A stretch of 64,000 bases of DNA from the NCBI GenBank assembly GCA_030390025.1, contig CM059432.1:52144001-52208000 (forward strand), in the 5' to 3' direction. Position numbers and translations under genes: made by a program. This stretch comes from Squalus acanthias. Taxonomy: Eukaryota. Under the pieces are notes generated by a model that did not search any database, was not told the origin of the DNA, and saw only the letters and a program-made list of their open reading frames with translations. This document shows positions 40,513-52,838 of this stretch, one piece after another (the stretch's first letter is position 1; each line of letters opens with the position of its first letter).

Positions 40513-41604
40513 CTTGTTTGGATAGTGAGAACATCACCCACCTCTGGATCATTCAACCTGAAAATGGGATAGTCTGAGGAAACATGAAGCCATTTATATC
40601 CATTGTTGACAGTTCAAAGTATAGCGGATCATTTAAGCCTGTGAGAGTGAGAGAAAAAGAAAGATCGGACCACGAGAGCCTGGATACCACAGGGTGGTCC
40701 GCAGTGAACCAGAACTGAAAGCAAGCATGTTACAAACTGTTAATAAAGAGACAGTCTCTATATTTACTGTTGTCAGAAGCATTGTGTAGTTTTAAAAAGA
40801 TCAAGGAGTAGAATTTCCGTGGAGGTTCTCCCGATCTCCCACCATAACTTCGGCAGAAACCCCGAAGAAACAGTGAAAATGGCCATTTCTGCTATTTCTA
40901 TGAGGTTTCAAATGACATTGCGGCAGGAGATTGGGAGAACCCCAGTGAAAAATCTACTTCCGAGTCTACTGCTATTATTGTATATAAGCTTGTGCTGTTC
41001 TATTTGTGCCTTACTTGGTTAATTTCTGTAAATATATCACGTTAGTTAGCTCAGAATCTGAGCCCAGCTCAAGTATGATGTCTTGATAATACAGTCTTCC
41101 ATTTGGCTTGGAGAGAAATAAGGGTAGAAATTGGTTATGGCCTGTTTTCAGGCTCATAACCAAAGGCGTGCAGACTGCACATGACCGAACCGGGAGGCCC
41201 GAAGCCATCCTAAATTGAGCTTCGGGCCTCATTTGAATACTTTAAGAGAGCTACCGCCAGAGGCAGCTCACCCATTTCCAAGGGAACAATTTCGCACCCC
41301 CTGGCTTTCTGGCAGCAGCCCCCAGTTAAGTCCCGGGTGGGAGAGGAACAACAGGAGGCTGGCCAACTGTGGGCGGGCAGCGGCTCTCCGGAACATTGTG
41401 GAGCCAGGAGGTGCAGTCCTGCTCCTCCTGACTCCTCATCAAGCTGTAAAAAAAAATTACCCTTTGGTGGTAGTCACTTGTTAGGTCGCATCCACGACAG
41501 GAAAGTTGAGTAGAGCAGGCCTGACACCTGCTCAGTGCAGCACAATTTGGCAGAGTGGTCCTAAACAGGCACAAGGCCCCTCATTAACATATGCAAGGAG
41601 CTTA

Positions 41605-43525
41605 GGCCTAGAAATTCGGAGGTTTAGCGCCACCCATTACTGCCAGATTCGGGCCAAAAATGGCAACCACCGCTCTTCCACTCGCTGCTGGCGTGTCCTG
41701 TGGCGGCCACCATTTTCGGATTTCCAGCAGCACTGCTGATGTCTGCGCTCGCTAGGGATGTGTAGATTATGCAGATCGTGACGTCAATGAGAGTGCAACG
41801 CTCACTTGACGCCCGATCTACGAGTTTCGACTTCGCCACTCCACTTACTGGCTTGCCTTAAGAGCGACGAGCTGAGCAAACGTTGACAATCAGGAAGGAG
41901 GCTCCAGCAGCGGTATTTAAAGGGATCATCAGCAACAACTTCCACCTGACATGTTTCTACAGTTTGACTGGCTCTGTGCAACTTTCTGCAACTCCAGCAG
42001 CTTTATTAACTTTTTTCAAGGTTCTAAGGTAACGGAGTTTTGTTGCAAGTAGAGAACGCCTTCATTCTTATTTAAAGGCTTCTGCTTACAGCACTTGCTC
42101 ACAGCCAAGGGGGCTCTACTGGCTGTCCCCCTCGCACTCGAGTATCTCATGAAGAGGAAGCGGAGGCAACAAAAAAGACGAGAAGATGCGAGCACAGGGA
42201 GGAGGAGGAGGGCCCTCAACAGGAGGCCTTACCCACCTTGGGTCTTCAGAGAGCACTTGTCTTATATCCACTTAAGCCAGGAGCAGTGTATTAGGAGGCT
42301 CCGCTTCAGCAAAGAGGTGGTCACAGAACTCTGCCACCTCCTGCAACCAGACCTGCAGTCTGAGAGCAGGGCGACCACGGCTCTCCCAGTGGCCCTCAAG
42401 GTCACCGTGGCCCTCAATTTCTTCGCAGCGGATCCTTCCAGTCTGCAGCAGGAGACATAGCTAACATCTCACAGTTCGCCATCCATCGCTGTATCTGGGA
42501 GGTCACTGAGGCTCTCTACACCAGGACTAAGTTTCCTGAGCAGAGAGAAGCAGGACAAGCACGCATGTGGCTTTGCCAGGATAGCGGGCTTCCCCATGGT
42601 GCAGGGTGCCATCGACTGCACACATGTGGCTTTGCTGGCGCCCTATAACAATCCTGAGATAATCCGTAATCGCAAAGGCTACCACTCACTTAATGTGCAG
42701 TTGGTGTGCGACCACGTCCAATGCTTTCCTGATGGTCAGTGCCCGCTATCCTGGCAGCAGCCATGATGCCTTCATCCTGCGTCAGTCCGGTGTGCCAGCA
42801 ATCTTCCAGCCACCACATGAAATTCGTGGGTGACTGCTCGGAGACAAGGACTATCCACTCTGCATCTGGCTGATGACTCCCCTCTGCAACCCCACCACTC
42901 GTGCCCAGCAATCATATAATGAGAGCCATGCTTCCACCAGGAACAACATCGAGCAATGGTTCCGTTGCCTTGACTGCTCGGGAGGAGCACTCCAGTACAC
43001 GCCGGAGTGGGTGTCCCATTTTGTGGTCGTCTGCTGCATGCTTCAAAACTTGGCCTTCATGAGGGCACAGCCCTTGCCACCAATGATTGCGGGACTACCT
43101 CAGGAGGAGGACGGGGGAGAGGAAGAGGAAGATGAGCAAGAGGATGAGGAGGGAGGAGGCAGGCAGCCAATCCCCCTTCCGGACGGGCTGTCCATGAATG
43201 CCTCATCAGACTCCAATTCCAATGAATGAAACCCCAGATCCCTATTGCTTACCACATCCCCATCATACCATCCCTCTGTCACAGAATATCACAGCGTCCT
43301 CCTGGGCACAAAGCTGAAATGAGAGACACCACAAAAGATTCCAAACAAAATTAATAAATTTATCTAAAATCAATTGACACATATTTACACTTACGATATG
43401 AACTAATTACCCTTGTGCAATCCCTTACTGCCTGTCATTCGGGTGTCCTTTCCTGATCTAGTGCTCCTACGAAGTGCTCCCCCAGTGACTGCAGCATGTC
43501 TGGTGGAAGGCTGCTGAGTTTCAAA
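41605..43525 (+). mobile_element. Truncated Harbinger: left TIR, transposase pseudogene (~42095-43229) and 3' end of the Myb-like gene
   Basis: TIR ggcctagaaattcgg. Transposase motifs RRPYPPWVFREHLSY...CIRRLRFSKE, GAIDCTHV, RNRKGYHSLNVQ and [14 protein letters not shown], with frameshifts. Confidence 0.85.
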
Positions 43526-46025
43526 CTCATTGTCCAGTAGTGATCACCAGATAGCAACTCGGAGCTGGCTGCTCTTTTCCCCTCTCTGTAGTCCAGAGTG
43601 CGGAGACCAATTATAGCACATCACTGCTGCCCTGCTAGAGGTCAGCACAAACCAAGAATGAAACTTGGGCTCTGAGCTCTTGTATATTATGCATATTGCA
43701 AATGACATTAATCCTCACAGAGATATCTGATCAGATTTATATTATAATAATTGTCTATAAATTGGTAGATTTCAAGACTGCAAGAAATATTTTTCCCACT
43801 CAGCTTAATTTGAGGGCAGACATTACAAACTGGCTAAATCCAGTCAAAATCTGATTTTTTTGCATCTAATTTCCTAATGTACAATGATTTTACTGACTGC
43901 AGGAAGATTTTTCCTTTCTCCTCTTCCTTCCCCCAAATAAATTGTTGGTGTTGCTGGCAAAGCTCCAAAATTCGTACAATTCAGCTCCACATTATGCATC
44001 TCATAGAAGAATGCAGATTGTAAATTATTAGCATTTAAGGTGACTGCATTTTGCTTCCAGATATGTTACTTTTGAATCATAATTTGCAATATTGAAAAAT
44101 TACTGGGATCTAAAAGTTTTCATTAAGTCCATAAATCAGCCCTGAAAATGTACCAGGCCAAAATGTGTCAACAAAATCCATAGGTAATTTAAAATACAGA
44201 AGTCAGAGCTGCAGATGGGACAAAAGAATTAACTAGTCAAAGAGCAAATGAAACACTGAAAGAAAAGAAACTTCTTAGTATATCCTCAGTGCTTTTTTAT
44301 TTCAGACTTCCAACTTTTGAGATATTCCTTTTAAAACTAAAAATATTCCATGATGTTTAATGCAATACATGTGTTATAAACTACATTTAGAAGCCTTCCA
44401 GCTCCACTAATATAGGAACGTGGGAAAGTCTGTAAGCCATTCAGACCCCCAAGCGTGTTCCTACCTAACAAAAATCTATCGATCTCAATCTTGAAAATTT
44501 CAATTGACCCAGCATCCACAGCCTTTTGGGGGAGAGAGTTCCAGATTTCCACTAACATTTGTATGAAAAAGTGCTTCCTGATTTCACTCTTAAATGACCC
44601 AGCTCTAATTTTAAGATTGTGCTCCCTTGTTCTGGATTTCCCCCACCAGAGGAAATAGTTTCTCTGTACCTACCCTATCAAATATACTGTTCTGATTTGG
44701 GTAACCCTAAAGGTCTATGAAAAACAGTCTTTTCACATGCCTTTTTGAACAGCTGATTTTTGGGGGGAACTGTTGAGGTAAGATGATATCAGATTCTCTG
44801 AATCAATGAGTCCTTGTTTGAAGCAGCTGTCTCCAGTTCTGTCCTATTTCACATTTTGAAATGTTTATGGTTCTAAAACACCACTGGATGGGAGTAAAAG
44901 GAGGCTGATGGATATTATGTACTATAGTTCTCTTGTATAGTTGCTTTTTGATAGCTCCATGTAGCATGATCATTATGCATTATGCAGTAGTTACACATTT
45001 TTGATTGCAGCCACTATGCTGGGAGTATCTCTTCTCTAGTCACCTAATATGGGTAGGTTTTATGAGAAATTGTACCTTGATGTTTTCAAATTATTCTTCC
45101 CGCTATGTGTAATGGCACCTTTATATCGGAATACCGTGTATTGAAGCAGTCTCCCAGTGTGTTCAGTCTACTACTGCACCTTCATGTTTTGGGGTCTTTA
45201 AGTCAGATATTTTCTTCAAGCTCAGCGCTAAAGATCGCTCCTGTAAGCAAGTCCTTGCTCCCTACCAACCATAGTGATATGCCCAATATCTTGTAATGTA
45301 CTAATCCCTTGTCATTGCATTTAGCTTAATCGAATCACAAATCCTCTTGTGGGACCTCCTAGACTTGGAAAGATAACAGATAAGCAATAGGAAAGATGAT
45401 ATAACAGTTTGCATTTGTATAAAACTTTTATCTCAAACTCCTTCCTTGGATGCAAAATAACAAAAAAAAACCTCATGATCTGGGAATGCATTTCCTGGAA
45501 TATATCCCTGGTACCCCTTGAAATTTTACCTGAAACACCGAAAATCAAAATGTATCTCAAAATCAAAACAAAGCTACCAAACAAATATATACTTAAAGAC
45601 ACCGAATAATTTTTTACCCACAAAAATGGCTGGGTTTGGTTCGGGTGGACAATTTAAAAATTAAAAATCTGAAACAGGAACCCAACCCGCCTCATTCCCA
45701 CCCACTTACAGTTTTAACGGAGGCAGGACGAGGGACGGGCGACCAATCCACTCGCTGGAGGCGGGTCAGTCGTTGAAACCCTTTAAGGAAAGGGTATGCC
45801 TCCATTTTAACAGTGATTCGATTTTTAACCACGTATTTCCAGGTTACCCTGCCATAACTCTTGCCCTCTGCACCGAAAGCACCTCCGAGATAATATCAGG
45901 ACCACAGTGTCTGCAATATCCATCTAATAATTATCAGATCAAGATCACTTGAGACCTGCCTGACCATCTGCAGAAGAAAGCAAGTCATAGTGTCAAATAG
46001 TTCTCAATTTAATAACAAATGTTAT

Positions 46026-49000
46026 GGCCGGAATTTTCTGTACCTGGGCGGGTCGGGTGTGGCAGGTCACAACCGCGCTGCTGCTTCCATCCAGCTGCAG
46101 AAAACAACTTTCCAATAATGGGCCCTATTAAGCCCGCCCTGCGCGTTACCCAGCCCAATTAAATGATGCGGGTCTGTTGGCGTCATCCATGATGCGTTTT
46201 CAGCCGGTATATTTAAAGGAGCCATGGCCACATTACATTTGAAGGTTCATCTAGGAGCGTGCAGGCAGCACACTGGAGGTTTTCATTGCTCCAAACAGTT
46301 GGAGAGATGGCTGCACAGAGGCAGAGGGCTGCACCCAGGTTCTCCGATGACTCCCTCCATATCCTTGTGGAGGGAGTCAGAGCACGCAGGGAGGGCCTCT
46401 TCCCTTCCAGTGGGCGGAAGAGACCTCCCCAAGAGACAAAAAGAGCCTGGCTCAAATTGCAGAGGAGGTCAACAGCAGGGATGTGTTCAGGAGGACCTGG
46501 GTGCAGTGCTGCAAATGTTTCAATGATCTCATTAGATCTGGAAAGATGAGTACAAAGCCACACTGAACTTCATCCTGCTGTGCCTCTCATCACATCCCCA
46601 TCACTCTGCCTTCCCAACCCTACTCCTTACTCACACCAACATACCTTGCACGTCCACCCATCCCTCTCTTCCCTATCTACATAATCACATCTCCATCTTA
46701 CTAGCCACCCCTCACACTCGCCCTCATCCTAATGCAATCATACCAACTAACAACACGCAAGGAGCCCACTTGGCATTTCCACCCCAATCCATCATAGTCT
46801 CCCTCTAAAGATGTAACCCATCCATTCCTTACACTCATTCCACCATTCTCACTCAACATTCTCTTCTTTCCCTCCTTGCAGGAGAAGAGAGCCCACAATA
46901 AGAGGGAGAAAACTGGAGCTGGGCCTCCATCACTTGCGATCCTCACAACAGCAGAGGAGGCTGCATTGGAAGTCTCCGGAGTGGCCAAGCTGCTGGAGGT
47001 GGGAGATGGAAAGAGGGGGACATCTCCACAACCTGGTGACAGAATTACATATCATACAGCTACATGGCATACATCAGTCACTCATACGGGGACTGATATG
47101 ATCAGCCACTAAATGGTCATCATGTGCATAATGGTATGTGCACCCATTCTTCATATGGCACATCTAACTCATCTCTTTACTCTCCCACAGGCCCATCAAG
47201 AGCTCCCCCCCCCCCCCCACTGTCCAGGCGGAAAAGCAAGATGACTCCTCAGAGGAGCCTCCAGCCTCTGAGGGCGCAGCGTCTCCAGACATGAGCGCAC
47301 CCAGCACCAGCACAGAGACGCACACCTCAGTGGGTCCAACGAGAGATAGAGTAGTGTTGTCACTGGGTCTGTCACAAGTCATAAGTGAGCAAGAGCAGAT
47401 GGTGGAGACAGGGACAGCAGTGGAGACTCCTCACAGGAGGGCACAGGACGCTCCCAGCTCTGCTCAGCTGCATGCAGACACTGAGCCTCGGGGGCCATCC
47501 AGAAAGAGGGCTATCCTGGAGGTGCAGCAAGAAGTGCAGGAGACTCTGACAGGTTTTGTGAGTGCGATGTCTGCAGATGTTCAGAGAATGGAGGAGTCCA
47601 TCTCAAACATGAGCACCACCGTGTCGCAGGCGATGGTGACCTTAGGCTCGTCCATGGATAGGATGGCCACCTCCATGGAGCAGCTAATGCGCCACTCACA
47701 GGAGCATATGCTATCTATGGAGCATAGATGGCAGAGGTTCATAGACCTCCTGTCTAGGAGGGATGTCAGCGTAGACATGGGTCCTCCTGGACACACTGCT
47801 GTGCAGCAAGGTGCTCTCCAGCTCCTTGCTAGCAGGGAAGTGCGGGTGGCCCATGAGAGGGATGGAGGGGAGAGCGGACATGGAAGTGGGGGCTCCTCTC
47901 AAAGCGCTTACACTTCTCCCCCATTGCCACCCCCTCGGTCAGAGCCCCAGATGGCTCCTCGGATCGCGATGGCCGAGTCTGCCCCTGCACAGTCGCAGGA
48001 GGAGCAGACTTGGCGGGGCCATCAGAGGCTCCAAAACCCAGAGGACGTCCGTGAAGAGTATCTAAGCAGTCGCAGCAGGGAAGTGAGCAGGCTGCCTCTA
48101 CCTTGCTGAAGCCATAGGGGTAGCACCTCGTAGAAGCACGTGGAAGAGAAAGATGCCACACAAGTAGATTCACAAGGGTAGCCATTTGTGTGTTTTAGTC
48201 AATGTTATTGGCAAGATTCCGTTAATGAAGTGTTAACCATTAAAATCTTTATTTTCACCACTTTGCTGTCTTGGACACATTTGTGTGCACCTTTGGAAGT
48301 GGCTTAGTGAGTTGCAGTGACTGGTGAGACTTAACGGAACCTCCAGCAATGGTGGACAGTGTGAAAGGAATGGCTTGTTTATTGTAGGGATTCTTTATGG
48401 TGTTGCTGTGGGGTGGTGCCAACCTGGCGCAGCATGTGGCAGCCATATGGGTGTACAGCGTAAAGTTAAGTAAATCTGGACATGATGAGGCCATCCCTGG
48501 CCTCCCAGGCAGCAATGTGCTCGGGTGCTGATGCCCTCTGTCCTGTGCAGCATCAGGTGGTTGCTGAGAAGGTTGGTGGTGTTGTTGGTGCTGCTGGTGT
48601 GCCTGGTGCTGCTGGTGTTGGGGCTCATCGTGGTCCAATTCTGAGGACCAAGGTGAGACAGTATAAACGGCACCCATGCTGATGGAATAGATGGCAGGTC
48701 AAGTAGAGATGAGAGAAGCAATCTGTCAGTGGTGAGAGAGGTTCTTCCAATGAGGTGACACTGGATGGAGACTTTGCTGGAAACACTTGCAGCCTGCAGA
48801 AAGTTAAATTTGTGCTGGCAATGTAGTCAGCAACAGCTTCTGCCTGAGGAAAATGATCAGCTGTGAGGTTGGAGCTTTTATAGTACATTTGAAACTGTCA
48901 AGTAATCAGCTGGAGGAATGGCCACTCGACTCCCGCTTCAGGTTGACAGACGTGGTTCCCAAGTTGCGTGAATCCCGTGGCCATGCAGGGAAATTTGAAA

Positions 49001-49211
49001 TGTAGGGGGGAAAAAGCTCTCGAGTGTCTGACAACAAGCTTATAATGATCTCAATTAGGTCGCCTGCCTCTGCCGGTCGGGTCGCTGCCGCACCGGCAAA
49101 CGCACCCAAGGGAAAGATGACGGCGGGTTCCCGACCCGCTACGACTTTTTTCAAATTTCCCACCCGACCCGCCTCCGATCACGCTCGCACGGACCCCAGA
49201 AAATTCCGGCC
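46026..49211. mobile_element. Non-autonomous Harbinger (3.2 kb) retaining the Myb/SANT-like gene, with the transposase core deleted
   Basis: Perfect 15-bp TIR ggccggaattttctg / cagaaaattccggcc and TSD TAT. Myb exon from 46307 (MAAQRQRAAPRFSDDSLHILVEGV...TWVQC.K.FNDL), exon 2 at ~46882, exon 3 at ~47191-48109. Confidence 0.88.
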
Positions 49212-49304
49212 TATGTCTTTGCATAGGTGGAATGTCCCGTCTGTTCAGTTAAATACAAAAGCCATGGATCCTATTTGCAATGGCTAGTGTAGTTTGATCA
49301 TCTT

Positions 49305-50252
49305 CCAACCATCTTCAGCTGCTTCATCAATGACCTTCCCTCCAACATAAGGTCAGAAATGGGGATGTTCGCTGATGACTGCACAGTGTTCAGCGCCATT
49401 CACAACTCCTCAGATAATGAAGCAGTCCATGCCCGCATGCAACAAGACCTGGACGATGTTCAGGCTTGAGCTGATAAGTGGCAGGTAACTTTCGCACCAC
49501 AGAAGTGCCAGGCAATGACTATCTCCAACAAGCGAGAGTCTAATCACCGCCCCTTGACATTCAACAACATTATCATCGCCGAATCCCCCACCATCAACAT
49601 CCTGGGGGTCACCATTGACCAGAAACTTAACTGGACCAGCCACATAAATACTGTGGCAACAAGAGCAGGTCAGAGGCTAGGTATTCTGCGGCAAGTGTCT
49701 CACCTCCTGACTCCCAAAGCCTTTCCACCATCTACAAGGCACAAGTAAGGAGTGTGATGGAATACTCTCCATTTTCCTGGATGAATGCAGCTCCAACAAC
49801 ACTGAAGAAGCTCGACACCTTCCAGGACAAAGCAGCCCACTTGATTGGCACCCCATCCACCACCTTAAACATTCACTCCCTCCACCACCGGCGTACCGTG
49901 GCTGCAGTGTGTACCATCTACAAGATGCACTGCAGCAACTTGCCAAGGCTTCTTCGGCAGCACCTCCCAAACCCGCGACCTCTTCCACCTAGAAGGACAA
50001 GGGCAGCAGGCGCATGGGAACACCACCACCTCCAAGTTCCCCTCCAAGTCACACACCATCCTGACTTAGAAGTATATCGCCAATCCTTCATCGTCGCTGG
50101 GTCAAAATCCTGGAACTCCCTACCTAACAGCACTAGGAGTACCTTCACCACACGGACTGCAGCGGTTCAAGAAGGCGGCTCACCACCACCTTCTCAAGGG
50201 CAATTAAGGATGGGCAATAAATGCTGGCCTTGCCAGTGACACCCACATCCTT
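49305..50252 (+). mobile_element. CR1/L2-group LINE 3' fragment
   Basis: Contains FINDLP...MFADDCT...LGVTIDQKLNWTSHI...MEYSPFSW and ends in an A-rich tail. Confidence 0.8.
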
Positions 50253-50539
50253 TAAAAAAAAAAATTTTTGACTGTGGCCGCCTCAGTTCTGGCGCAGGAC
50301 ACGGCAGCCGCCATTTTGGTAAGGGCCCCTGAAATGTAAATCAGCAGAGCGTGGCATCATTCGGTGTGCAACACCTGATTTGACGCCATGACTGCAAACT
50401 TCGACCTTTTCGCTTTGTTTACCGCCGGGTCCTAAGCACGCTCAGAAAAGCGTGCGTGAAGCAGCCCTGCAGAGATGCTGTCAGCTCTTCTTAAAGGGAC
50501 ACACACATCTTTCAGGTAAGTTTGGATTTAAGCTTTTGA

Positions 50540-51188
50540 GGGGAGAAATTCAGTGGTGCCCCCTTTGGGGCGCTAACTTCGCATAGTGCCCTGAAAAAGT
50601 TAGCTCCCGTGCGCCATATATTCAGTGGTAGCACCCCAAGCAAGAGGTGGGGCACTCCATCTTCCTGGGGCGCTACAAGTGAATATCATGGCGTTACGTG
50701 CAACAGCACCATGCGTGTCGGCACGTAGTGCCGCGGTATTGCAGGCCTCCCTCCACTGATTAAAGGGGAGTGGCCTAGTGCTGCGCGCACTGTGGCCCTG
50801 CTGGACCACCAGGGAACGGGGTGCCGGGAAAGCAGCCCGGCACTCAAGAGGAGTGCCGGGCTGAAGAATCGTGGGCGGCACCCCAAATAAAAAAGGGGAA
50901 GGGGCAGGTGCTGGCAGGCGGCCAAAAAAACAGGCCCCGACACCTGCCCTTTAATTTACGCCGCCGCGGCTGCAAAAACACCACCCTGACCCTGTCGGAC
51001 ATATCGTCCGGCAATAGGTCAGGGGGCGCAACCGAAGTTTGTGGCCGCGGCGCTGCACACGGCAATGGCGTTATCGCCGGCGGTGCAGGGCGCTACCGAC
51101 ACTGCTAACCTCCCGCTGAATTTCGCAGGAGGCATTAGTGGCGCCATGCCCGGGCTCTTGGAGGCGCAAAGCAACCCAATTTTTCCCC
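50540..51188. mobile_element. Harbinger-type MITE (family B) inserted in a Harbinger remnant
   Basis: Ends ggggagaaattcagt..gccccctttggggcgc / cccaatttttcccc match 633-1439. Confidence 0.75.
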
Positions 51189-51813
51189 CTTCGACTTTAA
51201 AAAAATATTTTATTGAAGTAGTGGCTTGGTGCAATAGATGTTAATAGTTTTTAAAGTGTGCAAGGAGTGCTGCTGGACGCTTGAAAGGCTTCGGATGGTA
51301 AAGGAAGGCCTCTGAGAAGACAGAAAATGCTGGAAATACTCAGCCGGTCAGGCAGCATCCGTGGAAAGAGAAACAGAGTTCACGTCTTAGGCTGAGATGC
51401 TGCCTGACCTGCTGAGTATTTCCAGCATTTTTATTTCTAATTTCCAGCATCCGCTCGCAGAGGGAAGAGGAAGACGCAGAAGAGGAAGAAGCAGAAGAGG
51501 AGGAAGCGGAAGGAAGGATGCAACCCAGAAATCTCCTTTATTGCCAGGACTTCCAGGATGGAATTATCTGCCCGTGGTACCAGTGACCACAACCCCAATT
51601 CCCCTTTCAACATTTGTCCCACACTTTACCTTCCCTCTGTCACTGACCATCACAGCGTCCTCTTGGCCACAATGCTGAAATAAAAGCCAGCACAAAGAAA
51701 ATCTTTCAATCCAACTTTATACATCTATCCATCCAATGTGACATCAAGAAATCAACTAATCACCCTGTGCATTCCCTTAGTGACTGTCTTGTGTGTGCCT
51801 TTGCCTCTTCTCT

Positions 51814-52242
51814 GTGGCATAGTGGTTAGCACTGGTGCCTCACAGCGCCAGAGACCCGGGTTCGAATCTGACCTCGGGTGACTGTCTGTGTGGAGTTTGC
51901 ACATTCTCCCCCTGTCTGCGTGGGTTTCCTCCGGGTGCTCCGGTTTCCTCCCACAGTCCAAAAATGTGTGGGTTAGGTTGATTTGGCTATGATAAATTGA
52001 CCCTTAGTGTTAGGGGGGATTAAATATGTGGGGTTATGGGGATAGGATGGGATATGTTAGGGGGAATTAAATACGTGGGGTTACGGGGGTAGGGTGGGAT
52101 ATGTGTACTGTGGGGATTAAAGCAGGGACAGGGTACTGGATTTGGATGATCAGCCATGATCGTATTGAATGGCGGAGCAGGCTCGACGGGCCGAATGGCC
52201 TACTCCTGCTCCTAGATTCTATGTTTCTATGTTTCTATGTTT
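51814..52242 (+). mobile_element. Full-length HE1/V-SINE
   Basis: tRNA-like head (gtggcatagtggttagc...gggttcgaatc), V-domain, and a CR1-derived tail ending (ttctatgt)n. Confidence 0.9.
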
Positions 52243-52838
52243 CTCTCTTAGGCAGTCTCTCAGAACCGAGGATGACTTGCTTCCACACTAAAAATGAGTT
52301 CTAAGGTGACTGATGAGTCCAATGTGGGACCTACAGTCTCTGTCACAGGTGGGGCAGACGGTGGTTGAAGGGGCGGGTGAGTGGGGTGCTTGGGTTGACG
52401 TGCGCTCCTTCCGCTGTTTGCGCTTGGCTTCTGCTTGCTCCCGGCAAAGAGACTCGAGGTGTTCGGCGCCTTCCCGGATGCTTCTCCTCCACTTTGAGCG
52501 GTCTTGGGCCAGGGATTCCCAGGTGTTGGAGGGGATGTTGCACTTTTTCAAGGAGGCTTTGGGGGTGTCCTTGAAGCGTTTCCTCTGCCCACCTGGGGCT
52601 CTCTTGCCGTGTCAGAGCTCCGAGTAGAGCGCTTGTTTTGGGAGTCTTGTATCAGGTATGCGGAGAATGTGGCCCGTCCATCAGAGCTGATCGAGCGTGG
52701 TCAAAGCTTCGATGCTGGGGATGTTGGCCTGAGCGAGAACACTGACTTTGGTACACCTATCCTGCCAATGGATTTGCAGGATCTTGCGGAGGCAGCATTG
52801 GTGGTAGCTCTCCAGTGCTTTGAGGTGTCTGCTGTACA
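52243..52838 (-). mobile_element. RTE-clade LINE 3' fragment
   Basis: Same family as 14226-14613 (CPTCDRDCRSHIGLISHLRTHF). TSD gcctttgcct at 51797-51806 and 52839-52848 encloses both the RTE and the SINE. Confidence 0.88.

Noticed and set aside
51814..51885. tRNA gene-like sequences (also ~35926-35990 and ~6370-6430)
   Set aside because: They have A/B boxes but run directly into SINE bodies or match SINE heads, so they are not tRNA genes.
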